This document shows positions 6,768 to 13,665 of a DNA stretch of 13,846 nucleotides, in pieces. The notes beneath the pieces were generated by a model that was not told the origin of the DNA, searched no databases, and worked only from the letters and a program-made list of their open reading frames with translations. The stretch is from Candidatus Bipolaricaulia bacterium (GTDB taxonomy: Bacteria > Bipolaricaulota > Bipolaricaulia > RBG-16-55-9). Every line of letters begins with the position of its first letter. Position 1 is the stretch's first letter. The stretch spans positions 1-13,846 of the forward strand of contig JBDGQO010000081.1 in assembly GCA_042219045.1 (NCBI GenBank), read 5' to 3'. Both the position numbers and the translations under genes were made by a program.

Positions 6768-7436
6768 TCACGCTCCCGGGATCAGGTCTTGGTACCAGTG
6801 TCCGTTGCTGGAGACGATCTCGCCAAGCCGGACGTCGATCGGCCAGGCAAAGCGCGGGCCGTCGTAGACGAAGCTGTGGTGCTCGCCGTGTTCGCCGCAG
6901 GGATCGATCCCCGGTGGAAGTCGATCAAGGAACGTCCGGTCGAGGGGTTGACCGAGAAACCTCGCGTCCAGGTGCTCGGCGCTTACGCAGACGGTCACGG
7001 CCTTGAACCCGGCGTCGGCGAAGCGCCCCACCAACGTCGCCGAGTCCTCGCCCCACAGCGGCGTCCACAACGCCATGCCGATCTCTCCGAGTCGATCCTC
7101 GCGATACTGGCGAACGTCGTCCAAGAAGACGTCGCCCGTGGCGACGGTCGAGATGCCGCGATCCATCACGTCGGAGAGGGCTTCGCGCAAGCGGGCCTCG
7201 TAGCCGGCATTGGAAGCGCCGGTTGGCAAGGTCATGGGGACGAGCGGTTGGCCCAGAGCTTGGGCTTGGGCGTCGACGAGTTCGCGACGCACGCCGTGCA
7301 TCGTAACGCGATCGTCGGCATCGCTATGCGAGACGAGCAGGCCGACCACGTCGGCGCCGGGATCGCTGGTGAGGGCCTCAAGGGCCAAGGCACTGTCCTT
7401 GCCGCCGCTCCATTGGAGCACGACGGGCTCGCTCAC
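6768..7436 (-). CDS. Dph6/DUF71 (diphthine-ammonia ligase-like, PP-loop) ATP-binding protein, 222 aa
   Basis: The true start is probably GTG 7436 (GTGA overlap with the btuD stop). PP-loop WSGGKDS, MHGV, GDVFL...YRE, PLWG and DPCGEHGEHHSFVYDGP motifs. Confidence 0.88.
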   Translation of the reverse strand: MSEPVVLQWSGGKDSALALEALTSDPGADVVGLLVSHSDADDRVTMHGVRRELVDAQAQALGQPLVPMTLPTGASNAGYEARLREALSDVMDRGISTVATGDVFLDDVRQYREDRLGEIGMALWTPLWGEDSATLVGRFADAGFKAVTVCVSAEHLDARFLGQPLDRTFLDRLPPGIDPCGEHGEHHSFVYDGPRFAWPIDVRLGEIVSSNGHWYQDLIPGA

Positions 7437-8221
7437 GACGCCATCACGTTCTCCCGCGGGCCGCAGGGCTGGACCCAGAGGCCTTCCGGCTCGTCCCGGA
7501 TCCGCACGTCGACCTCCCAGACCTCGCCGATGAGCGCTTCGGTCAACACCTGTCGTGACGGGCCCGAGGCGACGAGGTGCCCGTTCTGGAGCACGGCGAC
7601 CCGATCGGCGTAGCGCAGCGCCAGGTTGAGATCGTGGATGGCGACAACGACGGTCAGCCCGCCGTTTGCCAGCGATCGGGCCAGGCCGAGAATCTCGATC
7701 TGATGGCGCAGGTCGAGATGGGCCGTCGGCTCGTCCAGGAGCAGGACCTCGGGCTCTTGGGCCAAGGCGAGCGCCAAGAAAGCCCGCTGCGCTTCGCCGC
7801 CGCTCAGCTCGTGGACCGAGCGGTCGACGAGGTTGGCCAGGCAGGTGGAGTCCAGGGCCGCTTGGACGGCCGCCTCGTCCGAGCGGCGCCAGCGCGCCAG
7901 CCGGCCGCGATAGGGCACGCGCCCCCACTCGACGAGTTCGCGGACGGTGAAGTCGAAGCCGAGGCCATGGTCCTGTTCCAGCGCGGCAATCCGTCGGGCG
8001 AGGTCGTTGGGCGCCAGACGGGCGACCTCGTCGCCGTCGACGTAGACGGCCCCGCGCTGGGGCGAGAGCACGCCGGAGACCGTCTTGAGCAGCGTCGACT
8101 TGCCGCTTCCGTTGGGGCCGAGCACGGTCAATATTTCCCCTGGATGGACCTCGAGGTCGACGTCGGTCAACGTCGGGGTTCCGTCGTAAGCAAAGTTGAC
8201 GCGGTCGATGGAGACGCTCAT
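7433..8221 (-). CDS. btuD: ABC transporter ATP-binding subunit, cobalamin/iron-chelate family (BtuD/FepC-like), 262 aa
   Basis: Walker A GPNGSGKS, signature LSGGEAQR, Walker B LLLDEPT, H-loop HDLNLA. Cobalamin specificity is inferred from pduO and DUF71 neighbours. Confidence 0.85.
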   Translation of the reverse strand: MSVSIDRVNFAYDGTPTLTDVDLEVHPGEILTVLGPNGSGKSTLLKTVSGVLSPQRGAVYVDGDEVARLAPNDLARRIAALEQDHGLGFDFTVRELVEWGRVPYRGRLARWRRSDEAAVQAALDSTCLANLVDRSVHELSGGEAQRAFLALALAQEPEVLLLDEPTAHLDLRHQIEILGLARSLANGGLTVVVAIHDLNLALRYADRVAVLQNGHLVASGPSRQVLTEALIGEVWEVDVRIRDEPEGLWVQPCGPRENVMAS

Positions 8222-9294
8222 CCCATCTCGCCTCCACGGCGGCTCAACAGCAGATAGAGGAAGAACGGCGCGCCGACGCCGGCGGTCAGGATGCCGACGG
8301 GAAGCTCCATCGGCGCCATGACCGTCCGGGCGGCGGTGTCGGCGACCATGAGGAAGATCGCGCCCCCGAGCGCCGAGGCGGGCAATAGAATCCGATGGTC
8401 GGGGCCGACGATCAGCCGCAGCGCGTGCGGCGTGATCAGCCCGACGAAGCCGATCGTCCCGGCCGACGCCACGGCCGCTCCCGTCAAGATGGTGATGGCG
8501 ATCAACAAACCGCGCTTGAGGCGCTCGGGCGAGATGCCCAGGTGGCGCGCGCCCTCGTCGCCGAGCGACAGCACGTTCAGGTCGCGCGCGAACGCCCAGA
8601 CGGCCGTCGAGCCCACCAGCACGACGGGAACGAGCCAGACGAGGTGCTCCCAGCGCGCGCGGCCGAGCCCGCCCATGATCCAGAACACGATCTCCGACAT
8701 CTGTCGGCCGCTCAGCACGACCATGAAGCTCGTGAACGCGGAAAAGAGCGCGGACAGGGCCACACCCGCCAAGATGAGCGTCATGGTCGAGGCGCCCCGC
8801 CGCGCGGCCAGTTGGTAGACGGTGACGACCGCCAACGCGCCGCCGGCGAACGATCCGACGGGCAACGCCATGCCGGCGAATTTGTCGTAAAGCCCCAAGA
8901 CGATGACGAGCGCGGCCCCGGCGCTCGCGCCGCCCGCAACACCGAGCAGATACGGGCTCGCGAGCGGGTTGCGGAAGATTCCTTGCATGACGCCGCCGGA
9001 GACCGCCAGGGCCATGCCGACGAGCCCGGCCGCGATTGCCCGTGGCAAGCGGAGGTCGCCCACAATGCGGGCATGGGTCGCGATCGCCTCGCTGGCCTCA
9101 ACCAGCCCGAGCTGGTCGAGCAGGATCACCAGCGTGTCACGCAGCGGAATGGCCACCGGGCCGATCGCGACGGCAACGACCAGAATCGACAGCGTCAACA
9201 GCGCCAGGACGGGCAGCACGGTCCCGACCTTCGGTCGCTGGATGGCTTCGGATTCGGTTGCGGCGGCGCGTCGGCCCGTCGCCGCGATGGTCAA
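8218..9294 (-). CDS. btuC: ABC transporter permease, BtuC/FecCD family, up to 358 aa
   Basis: LRLPR, QGIFRNPLASPYLLGV, LGDEGARHLG, GTIGFVGL..PH, ELPVG...GAPFFLYLL. The TTG start overlapping the upstream stop is uncertain. Confidence 0.87.
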   Translation of the reverse strand: MTIAATGRRAAATESEAIQRPKVGTVLPVLALLTLSILVVAVAIGPVAIPLRDTLVILLDQLGLVEASEAIATHARIVGDLRLPRAIAAGLVGMALAVSGGVMQGIFRNPLASPYLLGVAGGASAGAALVIVLGLYDKFAGMALPVGSFAGGALAVVTVYQLAARRGASTMTLILAGVALSALFSAFTSFMVVLSGRQMSEIVFWIMGGLGRARWEHLVWLVPVVLVGSTAVWAFARDLNVLSLGDEGARHLGISPERLKRGLLIAITILTGAAVASAGTIGFVGLITPHALRLIVGPDHRILLPASALGGAIFLMVADTAARTVMAPMELPVGILTAGVGAPFFLYLLLSRRGGEMG

Positions 9295-10211
9295 TCCTCC
9301 TGTTCGTCCGATTGGCCGAACGCGTCCGGATGGAGCTTCATCGCGATCCGGCGCAACGCGTCGGCCACGCGCGTCGACGTGATGGTGCTGGCCTGGATGC
9401 CATAGACTCGGTCATTGGCGATTGCCGAGACGTCGGAGAGGCGCTCGTTGTTCGTGAGCTGTTCGATCTGGCTCGGGTCGGTGAAGATCACCTGCGGATC
9501 GCGGGCCACGACGGTCTCCAAGCTCACTTTGGAGACGCCGCTCACGTCGGCAAAGACGTTCTTCGCTCCGGCCCGGGCGAGCAGCTTCCCTTGCATGGAA
9601 TCTGAACCGCCGGCGAACGGCGGCCCGTCGGATGAGGCGAATAGGAACGCGGCCCGCGGACGATCCAAGGTCAACACGCGGCTCTCGATCTCGGCCATCT
9701 CCGCGCCGATCTCGCCCACGAGCAACTCGGCCTCCACGGATCGGTCCATGACGAGCCCGATCGTGCGGATCATGTCGAAAATCGCGGGCACACTGGAGAT
9801 AAACTGGCGCGGCGTCACGACGGTCAGCCCTGCCGACTCCAGCCGATCGCGTACGTCGCGGATCGCCCCGAAGACGACGTCGGGCTCCAGCTCGACGATG
9901 CGCTCCACGTTGGGACTGGGAAAGGACGGGCCAATGCGCTCCACGCCCTCGACCTCCGGCGGATTGTTGGGCGATTTTGTGACACCGACGAGCGTGTCGG
10001 TCGCGCCGATATCGACCAGGATCTCGGTGTAGAGCGGCGTGCCGGCCACGACGACGCGCTCCGGCGTCTGCTCGATGACGATCTCCTTGCCGCGGTCGTC
10101 GACGACGACGACCTTGGTGTCGGCGGCGCCGTCGTTGGCGAACCCGCCCAAGGCGAGCGCCCCCAAGACGAGGGCCAAGCCGAACCAACGGGTGAACGAA
10201 CGGTGGATCAT
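9291..10211 (-). CDS. btuF: ABC transporter substrate-binding protein (BtuF/helical-backbone family) with signal peptide, 306 aa
   Basis: N-terminal signal peptide, VVDDRG...PERVV, PNVERIVELEPD, DPQVIF; SD GAGGAGG; first gene of the ABC cassette. Confidence 0.8.
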   Translation of the reverse strand: MIHRSFTRWFGLALVLGALALGGFANDGAADTKVVVVDDRGKEIVIEQTPERVVVAGTPLYTEILVDIGATDTLVGVTKSPNNPPEVEGVERIGPSFPSPNVERIVELEPDVVFGAIRDVRDRLESAGLTVVTPRQFISSVPAIFDMIRTIGLVMDRSVEAELLVGEIGAEMAEIESRVLTLDRPRAAFLFASSDGPPFAGGSDSMQGKLLARAGAKNVFADVSGVSKVSLETVVARDPQVIFTDPSQIEQLTNNERLSDVSAIANDRVYGIQASTITSTRVADALRRIAMKLHPDAFGQSDEQED

Positions 10212-10216
10212 GACGA

Positions 10217-10816
10217 TCAGCTCCTCCTCGTAAGGGATGGGGGATGCGTCGGCGGAATGAGCTCCACGATCACGCGCCAGAGCGCGCGACGGGCCACCCG
10301 CGGCGTCGCGCCAAAGGTCACAATAAGGCCGGTCCCCGAACGATCCCGGGCGATTTCGTTGATGTGCGCGGCGTCGACGGGATCGCGCTCCGCCAAGGGC
10401 CGGTCGTCGTCATTGAGCGCCCACTTCCCGTCTCGTTTGACGAGCAGCAGCGCTCCAGGCGCGCCTTCGCGGACGGCGGAATCGCGCAACCGAAGGGTTG
10501 TGGGCAGGTCGGCCTCTGCACCGTCTACCAGAGCTGCCGCTTGGTGGCCGCCCAACGAAAGCCCATCAAGCGCGATGTCCGGGACGAGTGACACGCGCTC
10601 CACGACGGGACCGAAGAACGCCCATCCCTCGGCCGTGAGGCTCGTCCCGGCTTTGTCCATCTTGACGTAACCTGCCTCGCGCAACTTGTTGAGATGCGTC
10701 CGGACGGTGCTTTCCGTGATGCCGGTCTGGTGGACGATCGTGCGGCGCCCGAGCGCCCGGCCGTCGAGCGCGTGGGCGATCTGATAAGCCGTCGGCAGGT
10801 GCCCAAGATCCGACAA
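10217..10816 (-). CDS. Winged-helix putative transcriptional regulator with DUF4443-like (PH0730-like) C-terminal domain
   Basis: wHTH motif LGRRTI...GITESTVRTHLNKLREAGYV...GTSLTAEG and C-terminal LRDSAVREGAPGALLL, resembling the archaeal DUF4443 family from memory. Start is TTG 10816 (SD GGGGGAG at 10827-10821) or ATG 10858. Confidence 0.72.
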   Translation of the reverse strand: MSDLGHLPTAYQIAHALDGRALGRRTIVHQTGITESTVRTHLNKLREAGYVKMDKAGTSLTAEGWAFFGPVVERVSLVPDIALDGLSLGGHQAAALVDGAEADLPTTLRLRDSAVREGAPGALLLVKRDGKWALNDDDRPLAERDPVDAAHINEIARDRSGTGLIVTFGATPRVARRALWRVIVELIPPTHPPSLTRRS

Positions 10817-10835
10817 TTGACTCCCCCGGTCCTCG

Positions 10836-10856
10836 GGTGGGATAGTATATCCCACC
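10836..10856. promoter_or_regulatory. Perfect 9-3-9 palindrome, candidate operator overlapping a TATACT -10 box
   Basis: GGTGGGATA-gta-TATCCCACC. The minus strand reads TATACT at 10849-10844 inside it. Confidence 0.55.
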
Positions 10857-10870
10857 ATGGTCTAACCCGC

Positions 10871-10900
10871 ATGCTAATCCGCCGACATCAACGATGTCAA
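10871..10900 (-). promoter_or_regulatory. Putative sigma70 promoter of the DUF4443-btu operon, with a 6-3-6 palindrome over the -35
   Basis: Minus strand TTGACA (10900-10895), 18-nt spacer, TAGCAT (10876-10871). GACATC-aac-GATGTC at 10884-10898. Confidence 0.5.
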
Positions 10901-10936
10901 TGAGCGGGGTCACCTCGGTGGATGACCCCGCCCATT
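10899..10936 (-). terminator. Strong stem-loop downstream of pruA, possible terminator or stability hairpin
   Basis: Minus strand AATGGGCGGGGTCA-N10-TGACCCCGCTCATT, a 14-bp stem with one G-U pair, about 50 nt after the pruA stop. It has no clear U-tract. Confidence 0.45.
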
Positions 10937-10985
10937 CGGAAGGTGCGGCAAAGATGGGCCGACGTCTCGCGCTCGGTCAGGCCGG

Positions 10986-12620
10986 TCAGGCCTGGTCGCC
11001 CATGAACGGATGCGGCCAGTCGCGGGCCGGGACGCGCGTTTCCTTGATCGAGCGCGGGTTCATCCAGCGAATCAGATGCGTCCAGAAGCCCGTCTTGTCA
11101 TTCGTTCCCGAGTGACGGGCGCCGCCGAACGGTTGGCGGCCGGGAATGGAGCCGGTCGGCTTGTCGTTGATGTAGAAGTTGCCGGCGGCGTATTTCAGTT
11201 TCCCTTCCGCCTTGACGATCGCGCCGCGGTCGCGGGCGAACACGGCCCCCGTCAAGCTGTACGACGAGGTCTGGTCGCAGAGTTCGAGGGCTTCCTCGTA
11301 TTCGTCGTCCGGGTAGACGTAGACGGTCAGCAGCGGCCCGAAGTCCTCCTCGGCCATCAGCTTGGCTTTCGGGTCGTGCGAGCGGATCACCGTCGGCTGG
11401 ATGAACCATCCTTGGGAATCGTCGTAGTCGCCGCCGTGGACGAATTCGTAGGTGTCGGGGTGGCTCTTCGCATGCTCGATGTAGCCGCTGATCTTCTCGA
11501 ACGCGGCGCCATCGATGACCGCGCCCATGTAGTTGTCCAGGTTCTCCGTCGGGCCGACCTGGAGTCGGTCCAATTCGGTCTGGAGGCGTTCCTGGATCGA
11601 ACCCCAGAGGCTCTCCGGGACGTACATGCGCGACGCGGCCGAGCACTTCTGGCCCTGATAGCCGAACGCGCCACGAATCGCGTTGGCGGTGACTTCGTCG
11701 AGGTTGGCGGAGGGATGGACGACGATAAAGTCCTTGCCGCCGGCCTCGCCGACGATGCGCGGGAACGACTTGTACTTGGGGAGGTTGTCGGAGATCTTCT
11801 GCCAGAGCTTGACGAGCGTGTCGTAGCTGCCGGTGAAGCTGAGCCCGGCCAGGTCCGGGTGTTCAAAGACGACATCGCTGCGGTCCTCTGGGAAGGGGAT
11901 AAAGTTGATGACGCCGTCGGGAAGCCCGGCTTCTTGCAGCACCTGCATGACCTTGTAGTTGATGTGAATCACCTGTGGGGAGGGCTTCCAGAGCGCGACG
12001 TTGCCGACGACGGCCGGCGCCGATGGCACGTTGGCCCCGATGGCGAGGAAGTTGAACGGTGGCGCCGCGAAGACGAACCCCTCCAGAGGTCGCCACTCGA
12101 CGCGGTTGAACTCGTTCGGGATGTGCTTCGGCTGGGACTCCAGGATCTGCTTCATGTAGTAGGCGTTGAAGCGCCAGAAGTCGACGAGCTCGCCGAGGTC
12201 GATCTCGGCCTCGTAGGGATTTTTCGACTGGTTGAGCATTGACGCGGCAATCAGTTCCGTCCGTCGCGGACCGGCGGCCAGGTCCGCAGCTCGGTAGAAC
12301 ACGGCCGCGCGCTCATAGGGATCCATTGCCTCCCACGCCGCTTTGGCGGCCAATGCCGACTCGATGGCGTCGCGGATGTGATCCTCGTTCGCTTGGTGGG
12401 ATCGGCCCAAAACGAGGTTGTGATCGTGGGGGCTTCGGACGTCCCGAATCTCATCGCTCTCCACGGGCTCGCCGCCAATGACGAGCGGAATCTCTTCCGG
12501 CCCTTTTTTGTATTCGCCGATCTGCTCCAGCAGCGCCTCACGCTCGGCCGTCCCGGGCGCGTACGGGAGCGCCTTGTCCATCTCGTTGTCCGGAAGGTCG
12601 GGAATCCAGGTCGTGGCCAT
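10986..12620 (-). CDS. pruA: L-glutamate gamma-semialdehyde (delta-1-pyrroline-5-carboxylate) dehydrogenase, 544 aa
   Basis: ALDH fold with RPLEGFV..PFNF, WKPS, FTGS, GEAGGKDF, catalytic FGYQGQKCSA, NFYINDKPTG...QPFGG..SGTNDK; SD GGAGGTGA. Confidence 0.93.
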   Translation of the reverse strand: MATTWIPDLPDNEMDKALPYAPGTAEREALLEQIGEYKKGPEEIPLVIGGEPVESDEIRDVRSPHDHNLVLGRSHQANEDHIRDAIESALAAKAAWEAMDPYERAAVFYRAADLAAGPRRTELIAASMLNQSKNPYEAEIDLGELVDFWRFNAYYMKQILESQPKHIPNEFNRVEWRPLEGFVFAAPPFNFLAIGANVPSAPAVVGNVALWKPSPQVIHINYKVMQVLQEAGLPDGVINFIPFPEDRSDVVFEHPDLAGLSFTGSYDTLVKLWQKISDNLPKYKSFPRIVGEAGGKDFIVVHPSANLDEVTANAIRGAFGYQGQKCSAASRMYVPESLWGSIQERLQTELDRLQVGPTENLDNYMGAVIDGAAFEKISGYIEHAKSHPDTYEFVHGGDYDDSQGWFIQPTVIRSHDPKAKLMAEEDFGPLLTVYVYPDDEYEEALELCDQTSSYSLTGAVFARDRGAIVKAEGKLKYAAGNFYINDKPTGSIPGRQPFGGARHSGTNDKTGFWTHLIRWMNPRSIKETRVPARDWPHPFMGDQA

Positions 12621-12641
12621 GAGCGGCTCACCTCCAAAAGA

Positions 12642-12671
12642 AGACTAACAGATCCGTCAACCACGGGGCAA
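12642..12671 (-). promoter_or_regulatory. Possible extended -10 promoter for pruA
   Basis: Minus strand TTGCCC (12671-12666), 18-nt spacer, TAGTCT (12647-12642) preceded by TGt. Confidence 0.35.
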
Positions 12672-12691
12672 TGCCGACATCGCTCCCGAAA

Positions 12692-12720
12692 TTGACGGCT
12701 TCGTCCCGGGGGTCTACCAT
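12692..12720 (+). promoter_or_regulatory. Putative sigma70 promoter of the ferredoxin-cyclase gene
   Basis: TTGACG (12692-12697), 17-nt spacer, TACCAT (12715-12720). ATG is 12 nt further on, with no SD. Confidence 0.65.
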
Positions 12721-12732
12721 GCGCTCTGTCCG

Positions 12733-13665
12733 ATGGTCCAACTCCACCTTCAGCCGGACGGGACGGCGGTCGACCTGACGGCCGAGGAAACCATGCTTGA
12801 CGCGTCGTTGCGGGCAGGCGTGCCGCACACCCACGTCTGCGGCGGCCGGGCCCGCTGCTCGACGTGTCGCGTGCTCGTCTTGGAGGGGCTCGACTGCTGC
12901 CCGCCGCGCAACGAGCGCGAGGCCGCCATCGCCGAGCAGCTCAACTTCGGTCCCGAGGTCCGACTCGCCTGTCAGACGAGCCCCACATGCGACGTCGCCG
13001 TCCGGCGACTCGTGCTCGACCCGATCGACACGGAGCTCGCCGATCACATGAGCTCATCCAGCCCGCCCGAGGCCGTGGGTCAGGAGCGCGAGGTCGCCGT
13101 GCTCTTCGCTGACCTGCGCGAGTTCACCTCGTTCTCCGAGGCCCTGTTGCCCTACGACGTGATTCACCTTCTGAACCGCTTCCTCCACGAGATGGGCCCG
13201 ATCGTCCGGCAACATGAGGGGCGCATCGCGTCGCTGACGGGTGACGGGTTCATGGCGGTGTTCGGATGGGCGGACTCGGCCAAGGCGAGCGATCAGGCCG
13301 TGTCGGCCGCGCTGGCGATGCAGGCAAAATTGGGCGGCTTGAATCCCTACGTCACGTCGCTCTTCAACCACGAGTTGCGCATGGGGATCGGCATTCACTA
13401 CGGGCCGGCGATTGTCGGCGCCCTCGGCGCAGGCGAGGAACGGACGATGACGGCTATCGGTGACACCGTCAACACGGCCAGTCGCATTGAGCAAGCGACG
13501 AAGGAGCTGGACGCCGCGATTCTGATATCGGCGCCGACTTGGCGTCGGCTGGCCCTCGGTGTCGCCACGCAGCGCCATGCGGACGTGAGGCTAGCGGGGA
13601 AGGGGAAGGGGCACACCCTGTATGAGGTCGTCCCTCACTCGGATGCCGATGGGGAGAACGGCTGA
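12733..13665 (+). CDS. Class III adenylate/guanylate cyclase with N-terminal [2Fe-2S] ferredoxin domain, 310 aa
   Basis: CGGRARCSTC...RLAC ferredoxin motif; cyclase motifs LFADLREFT, GDGFMAVFG, GIGIHYG and TAIGDTVNTASRIE. Confidence 0.92.
   Translation: MVQLHLQPDGTAVDLTAEETMLDASLRAGVPHTHVCGGRARCSTCRVLVLEGLDCCPPRNEREAAIAEQLNFGPEVRLACQTSPTCDVAVRRLVLDPIDTELADHMSSSSPPEAVGQEREVAVLFADLREFTSFSEALLPYDVIHLLNRFLHEMGPIVRQHEGRIASLTGDGFMAVFGWADSAKASDQAVSAALAMQAKLGGLNPYVTSLFNHELRMGIGIHYGPAIVGALGAGEERTMTAIGDTVNTASRIEQATKELDAAILISAPTWRRLALGVATQRHADVRLAGKGKGHTLYEVVPHSDADGENG

Noticed and set aside
7437..8237. N-terminal 267-aa extension of the 489-aa ORF (apparent fusion to DUF71)
   Set aside because: Arg/Pro-rich off-frame read of btuD. 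Homology starts at GTG 7436, which overlaps the btuD stop.
10859..10985. Cobalamin riboswitch upstream of the btu operon
   Set aside because: No AGGGAA, GCCACTG or B12-box elements on the minus strand; the single GGAAGG is on the wrong strand. An Rfam scan would be decisive.
11010..12242. 410-aa plus-strand ORF
   Set aside because: Antisense shadow of pruA with no domain signature or SD.
12673..12681. GCCGACATC shared with 10881-10889 in the two intergenic regions flanking pruA
   Set aside because: A single 9-mer in GC-rich DNA, and the palindromic second half is missing here; chance is likely.
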